A DNA stretch of 64,000 nt, from contig JAQVWR010000001.1 in assembly GCA_028709605.1 (NCBI GenBank), forward strand, positions 2,662-66,661. The letters are read 5' to 3'. The position numbers were made by a program, and so were the translations under genes. Position 1 is the stretch's first letter. Each line of letters opens with the position of its first letter. The stretch comes from Proteiniphilum sp. Lineage in GTDB: Bacteria; Bacteroidota; Bacteroidia; Bacteroidales; Dysgonomonadaceae. This document shows positions 48,057 through 58,017 of this stretch, one piece after another. The notes beneath the pieces are model-generated. The model was not told the origin of the DNA. It saw nothing but the letters and a program-made list of their open reading frames with translations, and did no database searches.

Positions 48057-49613
48057 ATGAATAAAATTACATATCTTGTCGCTATGTTGCTGCTCATCTC
48101 CTCCTCCCTGTTTGCACAGGGGGAGGCGGATGCCTTGCGATTCTCCCGTGAAGGACTCTACGGCACAGCCCGCGCCATGTCGATGGGCGGTGCATTCGGC
48201 GCACTGGGGGGAGACCAGAGCGGCCTGACCCTCAATCCCGCCGGGATCGCTGTCTATCGCAGTTCGGAAGTAGTGGGGACGCTGAATCTGTCTCGCAATC
48301 AATCGGCTGCGGGGGATCGGACGGCACATAAAAGCCGGTTTGATATGGACAACTTCGGCTTTGTAGGTTATTTCCCGCTGCGAAACGATGTGATGCCCCT
48401 GATCAACTTCGGCTTCACCTACAACAAGCTGCAATCGTTCGATCATCACCGCAATGCACAGGGTAATCCCCGCAGCACGCTGATCGATTATATCGCCGAC
48501 CGGAGTGCCGGCATTGATCCCGTTGACCTGAAGATGGGAAAGGATTTGCCGGATCCGTTCAATACACAACCCTGGCTGCCGGTACTGGCATACAACTCCT
48601 ATCTGATCATTCCGGTAAATGGAGGCGCCAGCTATGATCCCGTAGATACCAAAAATGAAACGGCTGTCAACGAAATCATCACCCGTGAAAAAGGCTACAT
48701 GGACAATTATGACTTTACGGTGGGAACCACCATCAGCCATGTGCTCAACCTCGGCTTTGCCCTCTCTATCAAGGATGTCTCCTACAACCTCACCTCTGAC
48801 TATCTGGAGGATTTCAACAGCGGCGGGTACACCCTCACCAACTGGTTCACTACCAGCGGTGCCGGGGTCAGTGCCAAGATCGGGGCCATCTACCGGCCGG
48901 TAAATGAGCTGCGGCTGGGACTTGCTTACCATACCCCTACCTGGTACACCATGACCGAAACCTACGAGGCACAGATCGATGATGACATGGGGGCGTACAT
49001 CACCGACCCTGACTATAAAAAGGGACAAACCTATTCGGCACGCTTTACCAACGACTATGACCTGAAAACGCCCGGCAAGCTGGTGGCGAGCATCGCAACG
49101 GTGCTGGGAGGCCGCTTTATTGCCAGCCTGGATTATGAACTGACCGATTACTCGGCCATGAAGCTGTCCGTTCCATCGGGAGCTTACGAAAAGCACGATT
49201 GGTATAAGGTCGACAACGAATATATTTCGATGGATTTTCGGACGGCATCGACCATCCGCACAGGCATGGAGTTTCGCTTTACCCAGCAGTTCTCTGGCCG
49301 CTTAGGGTATGCCTGGATGCAGAACCCCTATGAGGCCAAATTCCGTGAAAGCGGCGATGCGGCCATTGCCGGATCGAACACCATCTATCGAATGGAAGGT
49401 GATACCCATTATTTAACCGGCGGGCTGGGGTACCGGTTTAATCGAAACTTTTTCCTCGATTGTGCCTTGGTCTACCAAACCCAAACCGATGATCTCTATC
49501 CTTTTCCCAACCTCTTTACCGCCAATCGGGAAGAGCTCGTGATCGACGCCACTCCCTTTCAGTTGAAAAACAAATCTGTTAGGGGACTGATCACACTGGG
49601 TTACAAATTTTAA
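48057..49613 (+). CDS. FadL/OmpP1-like outer-membrane beta-barrel protein
   Basis: GTARAMSMGGAFGALGGD..NPAG hatch motif; C-terminal TLGYKF. Confidence 0.85.
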   Translation: MNKITYLVAMLLLISSSLFAQGEADALRFSREGLYGTARAMSMGGAFGALGGDQSGLTLNPAGIAVYRSSEVVGTLNLSRNQSAAGDRTAHKSRFDMDNFGFVGYFPLRNDVMPLINFGFTYNKLQSFDHHRNAQGNPRSTLIDYIADRSAGIDPVDLKMGKDLPDPFNTQPWLPVLAYNSYLIIPVNGGASYDPVDTKNETAVNEIITREKGYMDNYDFTVGTTISHVLNLGFALSIKDVSYNLTSDYLEDFNSGGYTLTNWFTTSGAGVSAKIGAIYRPVNELRLGLAYHTPTWYTMTETYEAQIDDDMGAYITDPDYKKGQTYSARFTNDYDLKTPGKLVASIATVLGGRFIASLDYELTDYSAMKLSVPSGAYEKHDWYKVDNEYISMDFRTASTIRTGMEFRFTQQFSGRLGYAWMQNPYEAKFRESGDAAIAGSNTIYRMEGDTHYLTGGLGYRFNRNFFLDCALVYQTQTDDLYPFPNLFTANREELVIDATPFQLKNKSVRGLITLGYKF

Positions 49614-49641
49614 TCATCGCAGATAAAAATATGAACAAATG

Positions 49642-49674
49642 AGCCGGGAAATGATCTCCCGGCTTTCTTTTTTT
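49642..49674 (+). terminator. Intrinsic terminator
   Basis: AGCCGGGA-N7-TCCCGGCT followed by TTCTTTTTTT. Confidence 0.85.
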
Positions 49675-49735
49675 CCGCATAACAGATAAAAATCGTACCT
49701 TTGTTACACCGAATAATTTGTAAAAACAGTTTTGT

Positions 49736-50569
49736 ATGGAACAGCAAAAAGGATATCTTTCTTCCGATAACAAAAGGAAAGTGACCACACATCGGCTGCT
49801 GGAAATGAAACAGCGGGGAGAGAAAATATCGATGCTTACGGCATACGACTATTCGATGGCCACAGTGATTGATCAAGCCGGGATAGATGTGATCCTGGTG
49901 GGCGACTCGGCATCGAACGTGATGGTGGGCAACACCACCACGCTCCCCATAACCGTGGACCAAATGATCTACCACGGCAAGGCGGTAATGAACGCCGTCA
50001 AAAGAGCCATGGTGGTGATCGATATGCCCTTCGGCAGCTATCAGGGCAACCCTCATGAGGCGGTAGCCAACGCGGTGCGGATCATGAAGGAGACAGGAGC
50101 CGATTGCCTGAAGCTGGAAGGAGGAAGAGAGATCACGGAGTCAGTGAAACTGATTCTCAGTGCCGGCATTCCCCTTATGGGACACCTGGGCCTGATGCCG
50201 CAGTCCATCAACAAATTCGGCACTTATGCCGTGCGTGCAGAGGAGGAGGCGGAAGCTGCCAGGCTGCTCGATGATGCCTGCCTTCTGCAGGAGGCAGGCT
50301 GTTGTTCTGTCGTGCTGGAAAAAATTCCGGCACAGCTGGCAAAAAAAGTCTCAGCGCAACTAGTTATTCCGACAATCGGAATCGGTGCCGGCCCACACGT
50401 AGATGGTCAGGTACTGGTGATGCACGACATGCTGGGGCTGAACAAAGGCTTCTCACCCCGTTTCCTGCGCCGCTACGCCAGTTTGTTCGATGAGATCACC
50501 GCTGCGGTGCAACAATACATTCACGATGTTAAAACGGCTGATTTCCCGTCAGAAAAGGAGAGCTACTAA
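49736..50569 (+). CDS. panB: 3-methyl-2-oxobutanoate hydroxymethyltransferase
   Basis: [43 protein letters not shown]. Confidence 0.96.
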   Translation: MEQQKGYLSSDNKRKVTTHRLLEMKQRGEKISMLTAYDYSMATVIDQAGIDVILVGDSASNVMVGNTTTLPITVDQMIYHGKAVMNAVKRAMVVIDMPFGSYQGNPHEAVANAVRIMKETGADCLKLEGGREITESVKLILSAGIPLMGHLGLMPQSINKFGTYAVRAEEEAEAARLLDDACLLQEAGCCSVVLEKIPAQLAKKVSAQLVIPTIGIGAGPHVDGQVLVMHDMLGLNKGFSPRFLRRYASLFDEITAAVQQYIHDVKTADFPSEKESY

Positions 50570-50660
50570 TCACACGGTTCACAGTGCATGGTTCAATGTT
50601 CCATTTTCAGAAACCAAGAACCAAAGCAGACTGCCTGAATGCTGATGGCTGACTGCTATT

Positions 50661-51110
50661 TCACAGCTCATCGTACATCGGGATATCGGTCAAAAAACGA
50701 TACTCCTGCGTTTCGTAATCGATCCGGTAACAAAAGTGACTGATGCCGTTGGAAACGACGATGTAGGGCACCCGCAGCACACTGTTATAGCGTGCCACCT
50801 GATCGAATACCTGCTGGGTGACAGGCACCTTCGGTTCCTTGTATTCCAAAATCATCACCGGCTCCAGTTGTTTGTTGTAGACCACTGAATCACAACGGCG
50901 CGAGCGTGAGTGATGCCGGATGGCAGTCTCATTGGCAATGCGGGAGGCGGGGTAACCCTTTTCCGAAACCAGAAAATGCACAAAATGCTGTCGCACCCAT
51001 TCCTCGGGCGTCAATGCCACATATTTCCGTCGCTGTGGATCGAATATCTCCGGGCAGTCACCCTCTTTTCGGATTTTTGCTTCAAACGATGGCAAATTTA
51101 ACGGGTACAT
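50661..51110 (-). CDS. HsdR N-terminal-like (PD-(D/E)xK) domain protein
   Basis: LNLP, RKYVALTPEEWVRQ, RRCD, LEYK, QVARYN, SNG. Confidence 0.8.
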   Translation of the reverse strand: MYPLNLPSFEAKIRKEGDCPEIFDPQRRKYVALTPEEWVRQHFVHFLVSEKGYPASRIANETAIRHHSRSRRCDSVVYNKQLEPVMILEYKEPKVPVTQQVFDQVARYNSVLRVPYIVVSNGISHFCYRIDYETQEYRFLTDIPMYDEL

Positions 51111-51165
51111 ATTGTATCTTTGTGTATAGAACGGGATTCGCTCAGAACAAAAATAGCGTTTTTTT

Positions 51166-51942
51166 ATGAGAACGAAACAAGAAATCGTAGAGAACTGGCT
51201 TCCCAGATATACAAAACGTCCCTTGCAGGCGTTCACCAAGTTTATCCTGCTGACCAACTTTCAGAAGTATGTGGAGATCTTTGCCCATCATTTCAATGTG
51301 CCGGTCGTGGGGGCAGACGCCAATATGCCTAACGCTTCAGCGGAAGGAATCACCATCATCAACTTCGGCATGGGCAGTGCCAACGCCGCCACGGTAATGG
51401 ATCTGCTGAGTGCCGTCACGCCCACGGCAGTCCTTTTTCTGGGAAAGTGCGGCGGACTGAAGGCTAGAAGCGAGCTGGGGGACTATATCCTGCCCATCGC
51501 TGCCATACGGGGTGAGGGAACCTCCAACGACTACTTCCCGCCGGAGGTGCCCTCCCTGCCGGCGTTCAGCCTGCTGCGCGCGGTCTCCTCCAATATCCGC
51601 GACTTCGGAAGGGATTATTGGACAGGGACGGTCTACACCACCAACCGCAGGGTGTGGGAATACGACGATGATTTCAAGGGATACCTCAGACAGATACGTG
51701 CCCTAGCGGTCGATATGGAGACCGCCACGCTCTTCACCTGCGGCTTTGCCAACCATATCTCCACGGGTGCCCTGCTGCTGGTGTCCGACCAGCCGCTGAT
51801 CTCTACCGGCGTAAAAACGGAAAAGAGTGATCGGCATGTCACGGAGAACTTCGTGGATGAGCATGTCAAGATAGGGATCAAGTCGCTCTCCTCCATTATG
51901 AACAACGGATCCACCATCAAGCACCTGCGCTTCGACTGGTGA
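51166..51942 (+). CDS. amn: AMP nucleosidase (short Bacteroidetes form)
   Basis: NWLPRYT, NFGMGSANAA, LGKCGGL, RGEGTS, DMETA, LLVSD. Confidence 0.88.
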   Translation: MRTKQEIVENWLPRYTKRPLQAFTKFILLTNFQKYVEIFAHHFNVPVVGADANMPNASAEGITIINFGMGSANAATVMDLLSAVTPTAVLFLGKCGGLKARSELGDYILPIAAIRGEGTSNDYFPPEVPSLPAFSLLRAVSSNIRDFGRDYWTGTVYTTNRRVWEYDDDFKGYLRQIRALAVDMETATLFTCGFANHISTGALLLVSDQPLISTGVKTEKSDRHVTENFVDEHVKIGIKSLSSIMNNGSTIKHLRFDW

Positions 51943-51966
51943 CCGGAGCAATCGATTATAAAAAAA

Positions 51967-52989
51967 ATGGCATCAACCACAAAAAACAGTTTCGAGACCA
52001 TCCGCACCAATATCCTGCAGGGACGATTCATGCCGGTCTACCTGCTGATGGGCGAGGAAGGCTATTTCATTGACCGGCTGACCGACCTTCTTCTACAGAC
52101 CGTCCTGACTGAAACGGAGAAGGATTTCAATCTGCTCACCTTTTATGGCATAGACTCCGACGTGAACACAATCATCTCGGCAGCACGCCGCTACCCGATG
52201 ATGGCGGAACGGCAGTTGATTGTGGTGAAAGAGGCACAGAATCTTGACCAGTTTGAACTACTGGCTCATTATGTCAGGAACCCGATGGCATCGACCGTAC
52301 TGGTCATCAACTACCGCAACGGTACCGTAGACAAACGGAAAGCAGTGGTGAAGAACATCGACAAAATAGGGGTGGTCTTTGAATCGAAAAAACTGTACGA
52401 TAACCAGATTCCTCCCTTCATCGTCTCCTGGTTCAGGGAACAGGCGATCACCATCGACGACAAGGCAGCCCAGATGCTGAACGACTATGTGGGAAACGAC
52501 ATCAGCAAGCTGATTCCCCAGCTGGAAAAATTGGTGGTATCACTCCCCGAACAGACCAAAAGAGTCACGGCTGAACTGATTGAACAGAATGTGGGTATCA
52601 GCAAGGATTACAATAACTTCGAACTACAGAAAGCCATCATCCGCAAAGATCTGCTTACGGCAAACCGTATTGTGGATCATTTCGGAAAAAACCCGAAGGA
52701 ATACCCGATGATGGGTACCGTGGCGATCCTCTTCAACTATTTCAGCAACCTGCTGGAATGCTACTGGCTGCCACGCAGGGATGAACAGTCGGTGATGTCG
52801 GCTCTGCAGATCAAAAATGCCTATTTTGCACGAGACTACATGACCGGACTGAAACACTACAGTGCAACAAAGGTGATGGAGATCATCTCCGAATTGCGGC
52901 GATTTGATGCCAGTTCAAAAGGGGTGGACAATGTATCAGCTTCGCAGCATGAACTGTTGCGTGAGCTGGTCTACCGGATCATGCATTAA
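51967..52989 (+). CDS. holA: DNA polymerase III subunit delta
   Basis: PVYLLMGEEGYFID, DFN..FYG, RRYPMM, VKEAQ, GISKDYNNFEL. Confidence 0.93.
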   Translation: MASTTKNSFETIRTNILQGRFMPVYLLMGEEGYFIDRLTDLLLQTVLTETEKDFNLLTFYGIDSDVNTIISAARRYPMMAERQLIVVKEAQNLDQFELLAHYVRNPMASTVLVINYRNGTVDKRKAVVKNIDKIGVVFESKKLYDNQIPPFIVSWFREQAITIDDKAAQMLNDYVGNDISKLIPQLEKLVVSLPEQTKRVTAELIEQNVGISKDYNNFELQKAIIRKDLLTANRIVDHFGKNPKEYPMMGTVAILFNYFSNLLECYWLPRRDEQSVMSALQIKNAYFARDYMTGLKHYSATKVMEIISELRRFDASSKGVDNVSASQHELLRELVYRIMH

Positions 52990-53771
52990 TCCTGCCCGTT
53001 AAAGTGGTCCGCAGGCCACTCATTTTTCTGATGCCAAATCTGATACAAGCCATATCAGTCATAACCGACAATCTATCAATTCGATACAATCTTTCAGAAT
53101 ACACAGGAGTGCAATAATGAACAGCATTGCATCATCCGGTGGTGTAGAAGCCCGTCAGAAGGTTTTGAGACGATGTGCAGAGTGACAGCTCCTGTATCGA
53201 AGACACCCGCACGATCTCGGGAACAGTGATTCGGATAACTATGCAGCGATAAAACAATAAATACACAGACCTGAATGAACCGGAATGACATATAATTAAA
53301 TACAAATGTATCCAGTTGTAAAACACACAAATGTGCCAGAGTGGCAAGTATCCAGATGTAAATTCGTTACATAATTGAATTGCGCCTTTTAACAAATCAG
53401 ACATACTATTATAATATGTGTTCATAATATTTAAAATCAATCCATTGCATATATAAAATAAAGTATAAATAAAGATCTGCAGGCCCGACTAGGCTATTTC
53501 CCGCCGATGACTGTTAAATATTCGGTCCCAATTTCTTCTATTTACCTAATAATGAATGTATTAAGTAGATCAAACAAAGTACTACTGCATCTAATTATAT
53601 CGACTATATTGGTTGAATAGTTTTGTTTCGATACAAATGTACTACTTATATCAAGAATTGTAAATTACAAATCTATCTCATTTCTTTTTCCATTTGTATA
53701 AATTTATTTATACATTTGTGAACGCATCGACCGGATGCATAAATATTCATTCACCACGGAACGAAGCAGCT

Positions 53772-54233
53772 ATGAAAGATCGCATCAAACAGATCATGGA
53801 AATGGAGCATCTGACGCCGACTCGGTTTGCGGACCGATTGCAGATCAACAGGGCAATCATCTCCCATATCCTCAATGGCAGGAACAATCCGAGCCTGGAT
53901 GTGGTGACAAAGATCCTGGGTGAAATGAACTACATCAATCCGGAATGGCTGCTGAATGGGATCGGCTCCATCTATAAAGAGGGCGTTGATTCCGATGCAA
54001 TCAAAAAAGAACCGGATTTGTTCCACCAGAGTGAGCCAGATACGGAGCCTATTCCTCACATTGCAGAAAAAGGGAAGGAAATGGCATTTAAAGAGGTTCC
54101 CGGCCATGTGAAAGGCGTTGATCCAAAGCATGTTGAATCATCTGTAGTGCATGACAAAAAAATCACCCAGATAATCATCTATTACAGCGATCATACTTTC
54201 GAAACCTTTATCCCTCCTCAGGTGAAGGGATAA
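53772..54233 (+). CDS. XRE-family HTH transcriptional regulator
   Basis: FADRLQINRAIISHILNGRNNPSL, INPEWLLNG, C-terminal IIIYYSDHTF. Confidence 0.85.
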   Translation: MKDRIKQIMEMEHLTPTRFADRLQINRAIISHILNGRNNPSLDVVTKILGEMNYINPEWLLNGIGSIYKEGVDSDAIKKEPDLFHQSEPDTEPIPHIAEKGKEMAFKEVPGHVKGVDPKHVESSVVHDKKITQIIIYYSDHTFETFIPPQVKG

Positions 54234-54358
54234 GGCATCTCATCCTCCCGGTCAGAGCCATCTGTTCCTGTTCGCACCGATTTTCCTAAATTTCTTCTCC
54301 TTTCGTCGTATGTAAAAATTATGATGTACTTTTGTATGGAATAAAGCTAATGATCCTA

Positions 54359-55132
54359 ATGAAGCAACTCGATTTCACCGTTCACTCCAACGATCGACTA
54401 AACGATCAAAACCATCTGTTAAAAGTCGCCCCGCTCAACAATATGAGATTGCCGGAGATGCATCCGGGTCAGTTTGTGCAGGTTCGGGTAGACAACGCCC
54501 CTCATACGTTCTTGAGAAGGCCGATATCGATCAACTATGCCGATACGCAAAAAAATGAAATATGGCTTCTGGTGCAGGCTGTGGGGGAAGGTACCCGGAA
54601 AATCTGTGAAATGGCTGTCGGCGCGAAACTGAACCTGATCTTTCCCTTGGGAAACGCCTTTACGATCCCGTCCGCACCGGGAAATTTTCTCCTTGTAGGC
54701 GGCGGCGTAGGCACTGCCCCTCTGCTTTTTCTGGGGAATAAACTGCATGAGAAAGGTTTTGCCTGTGATTTTCTGCTGGGGGGAGCATCCGAAAAAAATA
54801 TCCTCCAGCGACCCGATTTTGAGCAGTATGGAACCCTCTACTGCACGACCGAAGATGGTTCTTTGGGTGAGAAGGGGTATGTGACCCATCACTCACTGTT
54901 GCAGCGGAAACGGTACGACTTTATCTTCACCTGCGGCCCCAAACCGATGATGGTGGCTATCGCACGCTATGCACACGAAAAGGGCGTCGGGTGTGAAGTC
55001 TCTCTCGAGAACCTGATGGCATGCGGCTTCGGTGCCTGCCTCTGCTGCGTGGAGAAAACAACCAGGGGGAATGTCTGTGCCTGCACGGAAGGCCCCATAT
55101 TTAACATAAACGAACTGACATGGCTCGATTAG
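54359..55132 (+). CDS. pyrK: Dihydroorotate dehydrogenase electron transfer subunit
   Basis: [41 protein letters not shown]. Confidence 0.93.
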   Translation: MKQLDFTVHSNDRLNDQNHLLKVAPLNNMRLPEMHPGQFVQVRVDNAPHTFLRRPISINYADTQKNEIWLLVQAVGEGTRKICEMAVGAKLNLIFPLGNAFTIPSAPGNFLLVGGGVGTAPLLFLGNKLHEKGFACDFLLGGASEKNILQRPDFEQYGTLYCTTEDGSLGEKGYVTHHSLLQRKRYDFIFTCGPKPMMVAIARYAHEKGVGCEVSLENLMACGFGACLCCVEKTTRGNVCACTEGPIFNINELTWLD

Positions 55133-56034
55133 AAGTGACAATCGGCGGATTACAGCTCCGAAACCCGGTCATGACCGCATCGGGGACCTTTGGGTACGGT
55201 ACAGAGTACACCGATTTTATGGACCTTAACCGCCTGGGCGGAATGATTGTGAAGGGAACCACTCTGGAGCCGCGCCAGGGGAATGATTACCCCAGAATGG
55301 CAGAAACACCCTCCGGCATGCTCAATGCAGTAGGCCTCCAGAACAAGGGAGTAGATTATTTCGTGGAGCACCTCTATCCGGTGATCAAAGAGTATGATAC
55401 CCATATCATCGTCAACGTATCGGGATCGACCGTGGAGGACTATGTAGCCTGCACGGAGAAACTGGCCGGACTGGAGAAGATTCCTGCCATTGAGCTCAAT
55501 ATCTCCTGTCCCAACGTGAAAGAAGGCGGCATGGCATTCGGCACCACCTGTGCCTCGGCTGCCCGGGTAACCCACGCGGTGCGGCAGGTTTATCCCGGCA
55601 CGCTGATCGTGAAGCTCTCGCCCAACGTAACTGACATCGCGGAGATTGCCCGATCGGTAGAGGCGGAAGGGGCTGATGCGGTATCCCTGGTCAATACTTT
55701 CCTGGGGATGGCCATCGATGTGGAGCGCAGAAAACCAAAGCTCTCCACCGTCACCGGAGGACTCTCCGGTCCCTGCATCAAACCGATCGCCGTACGGATG
55801 GTCTGGCAGGTATATCACGCTGTCGGGATCCCCGTTATCGGTATGGGGGGCATCTGCAACTGGCAGGATGCCATCGAGTTCATCCTGGCCGGTGCGACCG
55901 CCATTCAGGTCGGTACCTGTAACTTTGTGGACCCGGCGGTCACGGTGAAGATTGTGAGGGGCATCAGGGAGTATATGGAGCGGCACGGAATCGCATCGGT
56001 GAGCGAACTGGTGGGAGGAATGGAGCTTTTTTGA
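55120..56034 (+). CDS. pyrD: Dihydroorotate dehydrogenase (family 1B)
   Basis: [32 protein letters not shown]. Confidence 0.95.
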   Translation: MARLEVTIGGLQLRNPVMTASGTFGYGTEYTDFMDLNRLGGMIVKGTTLEPRQGNDYPRMAETPSGMLNAVGLQNKGVDYFVEHLYPVIKEYDTHIIVNVSGSTVEDYVACTEKLAGLEKIPAIELNISCPNVKEGGMAFGTTCASAARVTHAVRQVYPGTLIVKLSPNVTDIAEIARSVEAEGADAVSLVNTFLGMAIDVERRKPKLSTVTGGLSGPCIKPIAVRMVWQVYHAVGIPVIGMGGICNWQDAIEFILAGATAIQVGTCNFVDPAVTVKIVRGIREYMERHGIASVSELVGGMELF

Positions 56035-56126
56035 TTAGAAAAATGATAATCCATCCGATAATATTACATTAAATGATTGCTGATTTCCTGTATTTATAGC
56101 AAAATGTGCTTTTATATGGGATTATC

Positions 56127-56157
56127 TTTGACAAAATGAAAAAATATTCTATCTTTG
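56127..56157 (+). promoter_or_regulatory. Primary-sigma promoter for asnA
   Basis: TTTG (56127-30), 19 nt, TATCTTTG (56150-57). Confidence 0.7.
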
Positions 56158-56191
56158 TGGATTCATATTGATTAAAAGATTGATATATCAT

Positions 56192-57229
56192 ATGTCACAA
56201 TTGGATATTCCCACCGGCTATGCTCCGCTGTTGAATCTCAAACAGACGGAACTGGGAATCAAGAATATCAAGGATTTCTTTCAGGTAAACCTCTCTTCCG
56301 AGCTCCGTTTGCGTCGGGTTACCGCCCCGCTGTTCGTAGAGAGCGGCACCGGTATCAACGACGACCTGAACGGTGTAGAGCGACCGGTTCGTTTCCCCAT
56401 CAAGGATATGGACGACATGGATGCGGAGATCGTACACTCCCTGGCCAAATGGAAACGACTGACGCTTGCCGACTATGAGATTGAGCAGGGGTTTGGCATT
56501 TATACCGACATGAATGCCATCCGGGCGGATGAAGAGCTGGACAACCTGCATTCGCTCTACGTGGATCAGTGGGACTGGGAGCTGGTGATCAGTGAGAAAG
56601 AGCGAACGGTGGAGTACCTGAAGAGCATTGTCAGAAGGATCTATGCCGCCATGCTGCGCACCGAATACCTGGTGTATGAGCTCTTCCCCCTGATCACTCC
56701 CCAACTTCCCCCTGAGATCACCTTTATCCATTCGGAGGAGTTGTTGCAGCGATATCCAACCATGGATGCCAAGCAACGGGAAGATGCCATCACAAAGGAA
56801 TACGGGGCGGTTTTCATTATCGGGATCGGTGCTCTCCTGTCCAACGGGGAGCCGCATGACGGTCGTGCACCCGACTATGACGACTGGAGTACGGTCAACG
56901 AAGAGGGTTATCGGGGGCTGAACGGTGATCTGCTGGTTTGGAATCCGGTACTGAAAAAATCAGTCGAACTCTCCTCCATGGGGATACGAGTCGATGCCAC
57001 GGCCCTGGCTTATCAGCTCAAAGAACGCGGGAAAGAGGAGCGGCTCGCTCTCTATTTTCACAAACGACTGATGAACAATGAACTGCCGCTTTCTATCGGG
57101 GGAGGCATCGGTCAGTCGCGCCTCTGCATGCACTACCTGCGCAAAGCGCACATCGGTGAGATCCAGGCGAGCCTGTGGCCCCGGCAGATGCGGGAGAAAG
57201 CACGGCAACAGGGGATACTCCTTATTTGA
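56192..57229 (+). CDS. asnA: Aspartate--ammonia ligase
   Basis: HSLAKWKR, HSLYVDQWDWE, HDGRAPDYDDW, SSMGIRV, IGGGIGQSR. Confidence 0.96.
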   Translation: MSQLDIPTGYAPLLNLKQTELGIKNIKDFFQVNLSSELRLRRVTAPLFVESGTGINDDLNGVERPVRFPIKDMDDMDAEIVHSLAKWKRLTLADYEIEQGFGIYTDMNAIRADEELDNLHSLYVDQWDWELVISEKERTVEYLKSIVRRIYAAMLRTEYLVYELFPLITPQLPPEITFIHSEELLQRYPTMDAKQREDAITKEYGAVFIIGIGALLSNGEPHDGRAPDYDDWSTVNEEGYRGLNGDLLVWNPVLKKSVELSSMGIRVDATALAYQLKERGKEERLALYFHKRLMNNELPLSIGGGIGQSRLCMHYLRKAHIGEIQASLWPRQMREKARQQGILLI

Positions 57230-57256
57230 GGTTTCCGGAAGGAACCGTCACACAGG

Positions 57257-57286
57257 ATCCTTCTCCACCGGAGAAGGATTTTTTTT
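57257..57286 (+). terminator. Intrinsic terminator after asnA
   Basis: ATCCTTCTCC-ACC-GGAGAAGGAT plus T-run. Confidence 0.85.
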
Positions 57287-57336
57287 CATCTGTGAAAAGC
57301 TTTTTGTATTTTAGCAGGCAAAAACAACATGAACCG

Positions 57337-57999
57337 ATGGATGTAAGAATTGATGAGAGCTGGAAAGCCCGATTGCAGGATGAGTTTGAAAAAGAGTATT
57401 TCAGAAAACTGACCGGGTTTGTACGAGAGGCATACCGGTGCGGCACCGTTTATCCCCCGGCAAAGCTTATTTTTCATGCATTTGACCGCTGCCCCTTTGA
57501 CCGGGTGAAGGTGGTGATCGTAGGACAGGATCCCTATCATGAACCGGGACAGGCTCACGGTCTCTGTTTTTCGGTCAATGACCGTGTGCAGATTCCTCCT
57601 TCCCTGGTGAATATCTACAAAGAGATTGAGAATGACCTTGGCATACCGATCCCCCCTTCGGGGAACCTGGAGCGCTGGGCCCGTCAGGGGGTACTCCTGC
57701 TCAATGCCACCCTCACGGTTCAGGCACATCGCGCCGCCTCCCATCAGGGAAAAGGATGGGAGACCTTCACCGATGCGGTCATCCGTCATCTGGCCGAAGA
57801 GCGGGAGCACCTGGTCTTTCTTCTCTGGGGGGCCTACGCCCAAAGAAAAGGGGAGGGGATTGATGCGAATAAGCATCTTATTCTAAAATCACCGCATCCT
57901 TCGCCACTCTCTGCTCACCGCGGATTCTTTGGAAACAAGCATTTTAGCCAGGCCAACGCCTACCTGCTGGCCCATGGGGAAAAACCAATAGAATGGTAG
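57337..57999 (+). CDS. ung: Uracil-DNA glycosylase
   Basis: GQDPYH, AHGLCFS, GVLLLN, HPSPLS. Confidence 0.97.
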   Translation: MDVRIDESWKARLQDEFEKEYFRKLTGFVREAYRCGTVYPPAKLIFHAFDRCPFDRVKVVIVGQDPYHEPGQAHGLCFSVNDRVQIPPSLVNIYKEIENDLGIPIPPSGNLERWARQGVLLLNATLTVQAHRAASHQGKGWETFTDAVIRHLAEEREHLVFLLWGAYAQRKGEGIDANKHLILKSPHPSPLSAHRGFFGNKHFSQANAYLLAHGEKPIEW

Positions 58000-58017
58000 G
58001 AAAGGCAGCAATTCCCT

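Noticed and set aside
47907-49196. 429-aa minus-strand ORF
   Set aside because: Antisense shadow of the FadL-like gene with no recognisable motifs; the same applies to 40457-41185, 41798-42586 and 55150-55986
50661-51110. HsdR-N protein as part of a type I restriction system
   Set aside because: Only 149 aa, no helicase domain, no hsdM/hsdS, and embedded among housekeeping genes (panB, amn, holA)
51166-51942. Nucleosidase as a defence effector
   Set aside because: Housekeeping context next to holA with host-like composition
53094-53440. Short minus-strand ORFs in the AT-rich gap
   Set aside because: Non-ATG called starts, overlapping frames and no recognisable motifs; not supportable as genes, though a small peptide cannot be excluded
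56051-56074. dif-like sequence CCATCCGATAA-TA-TTACATTAAAT
   Set aside because: Central spacer is 2 bp rather than 6 bp and the XerD arm is imperfect
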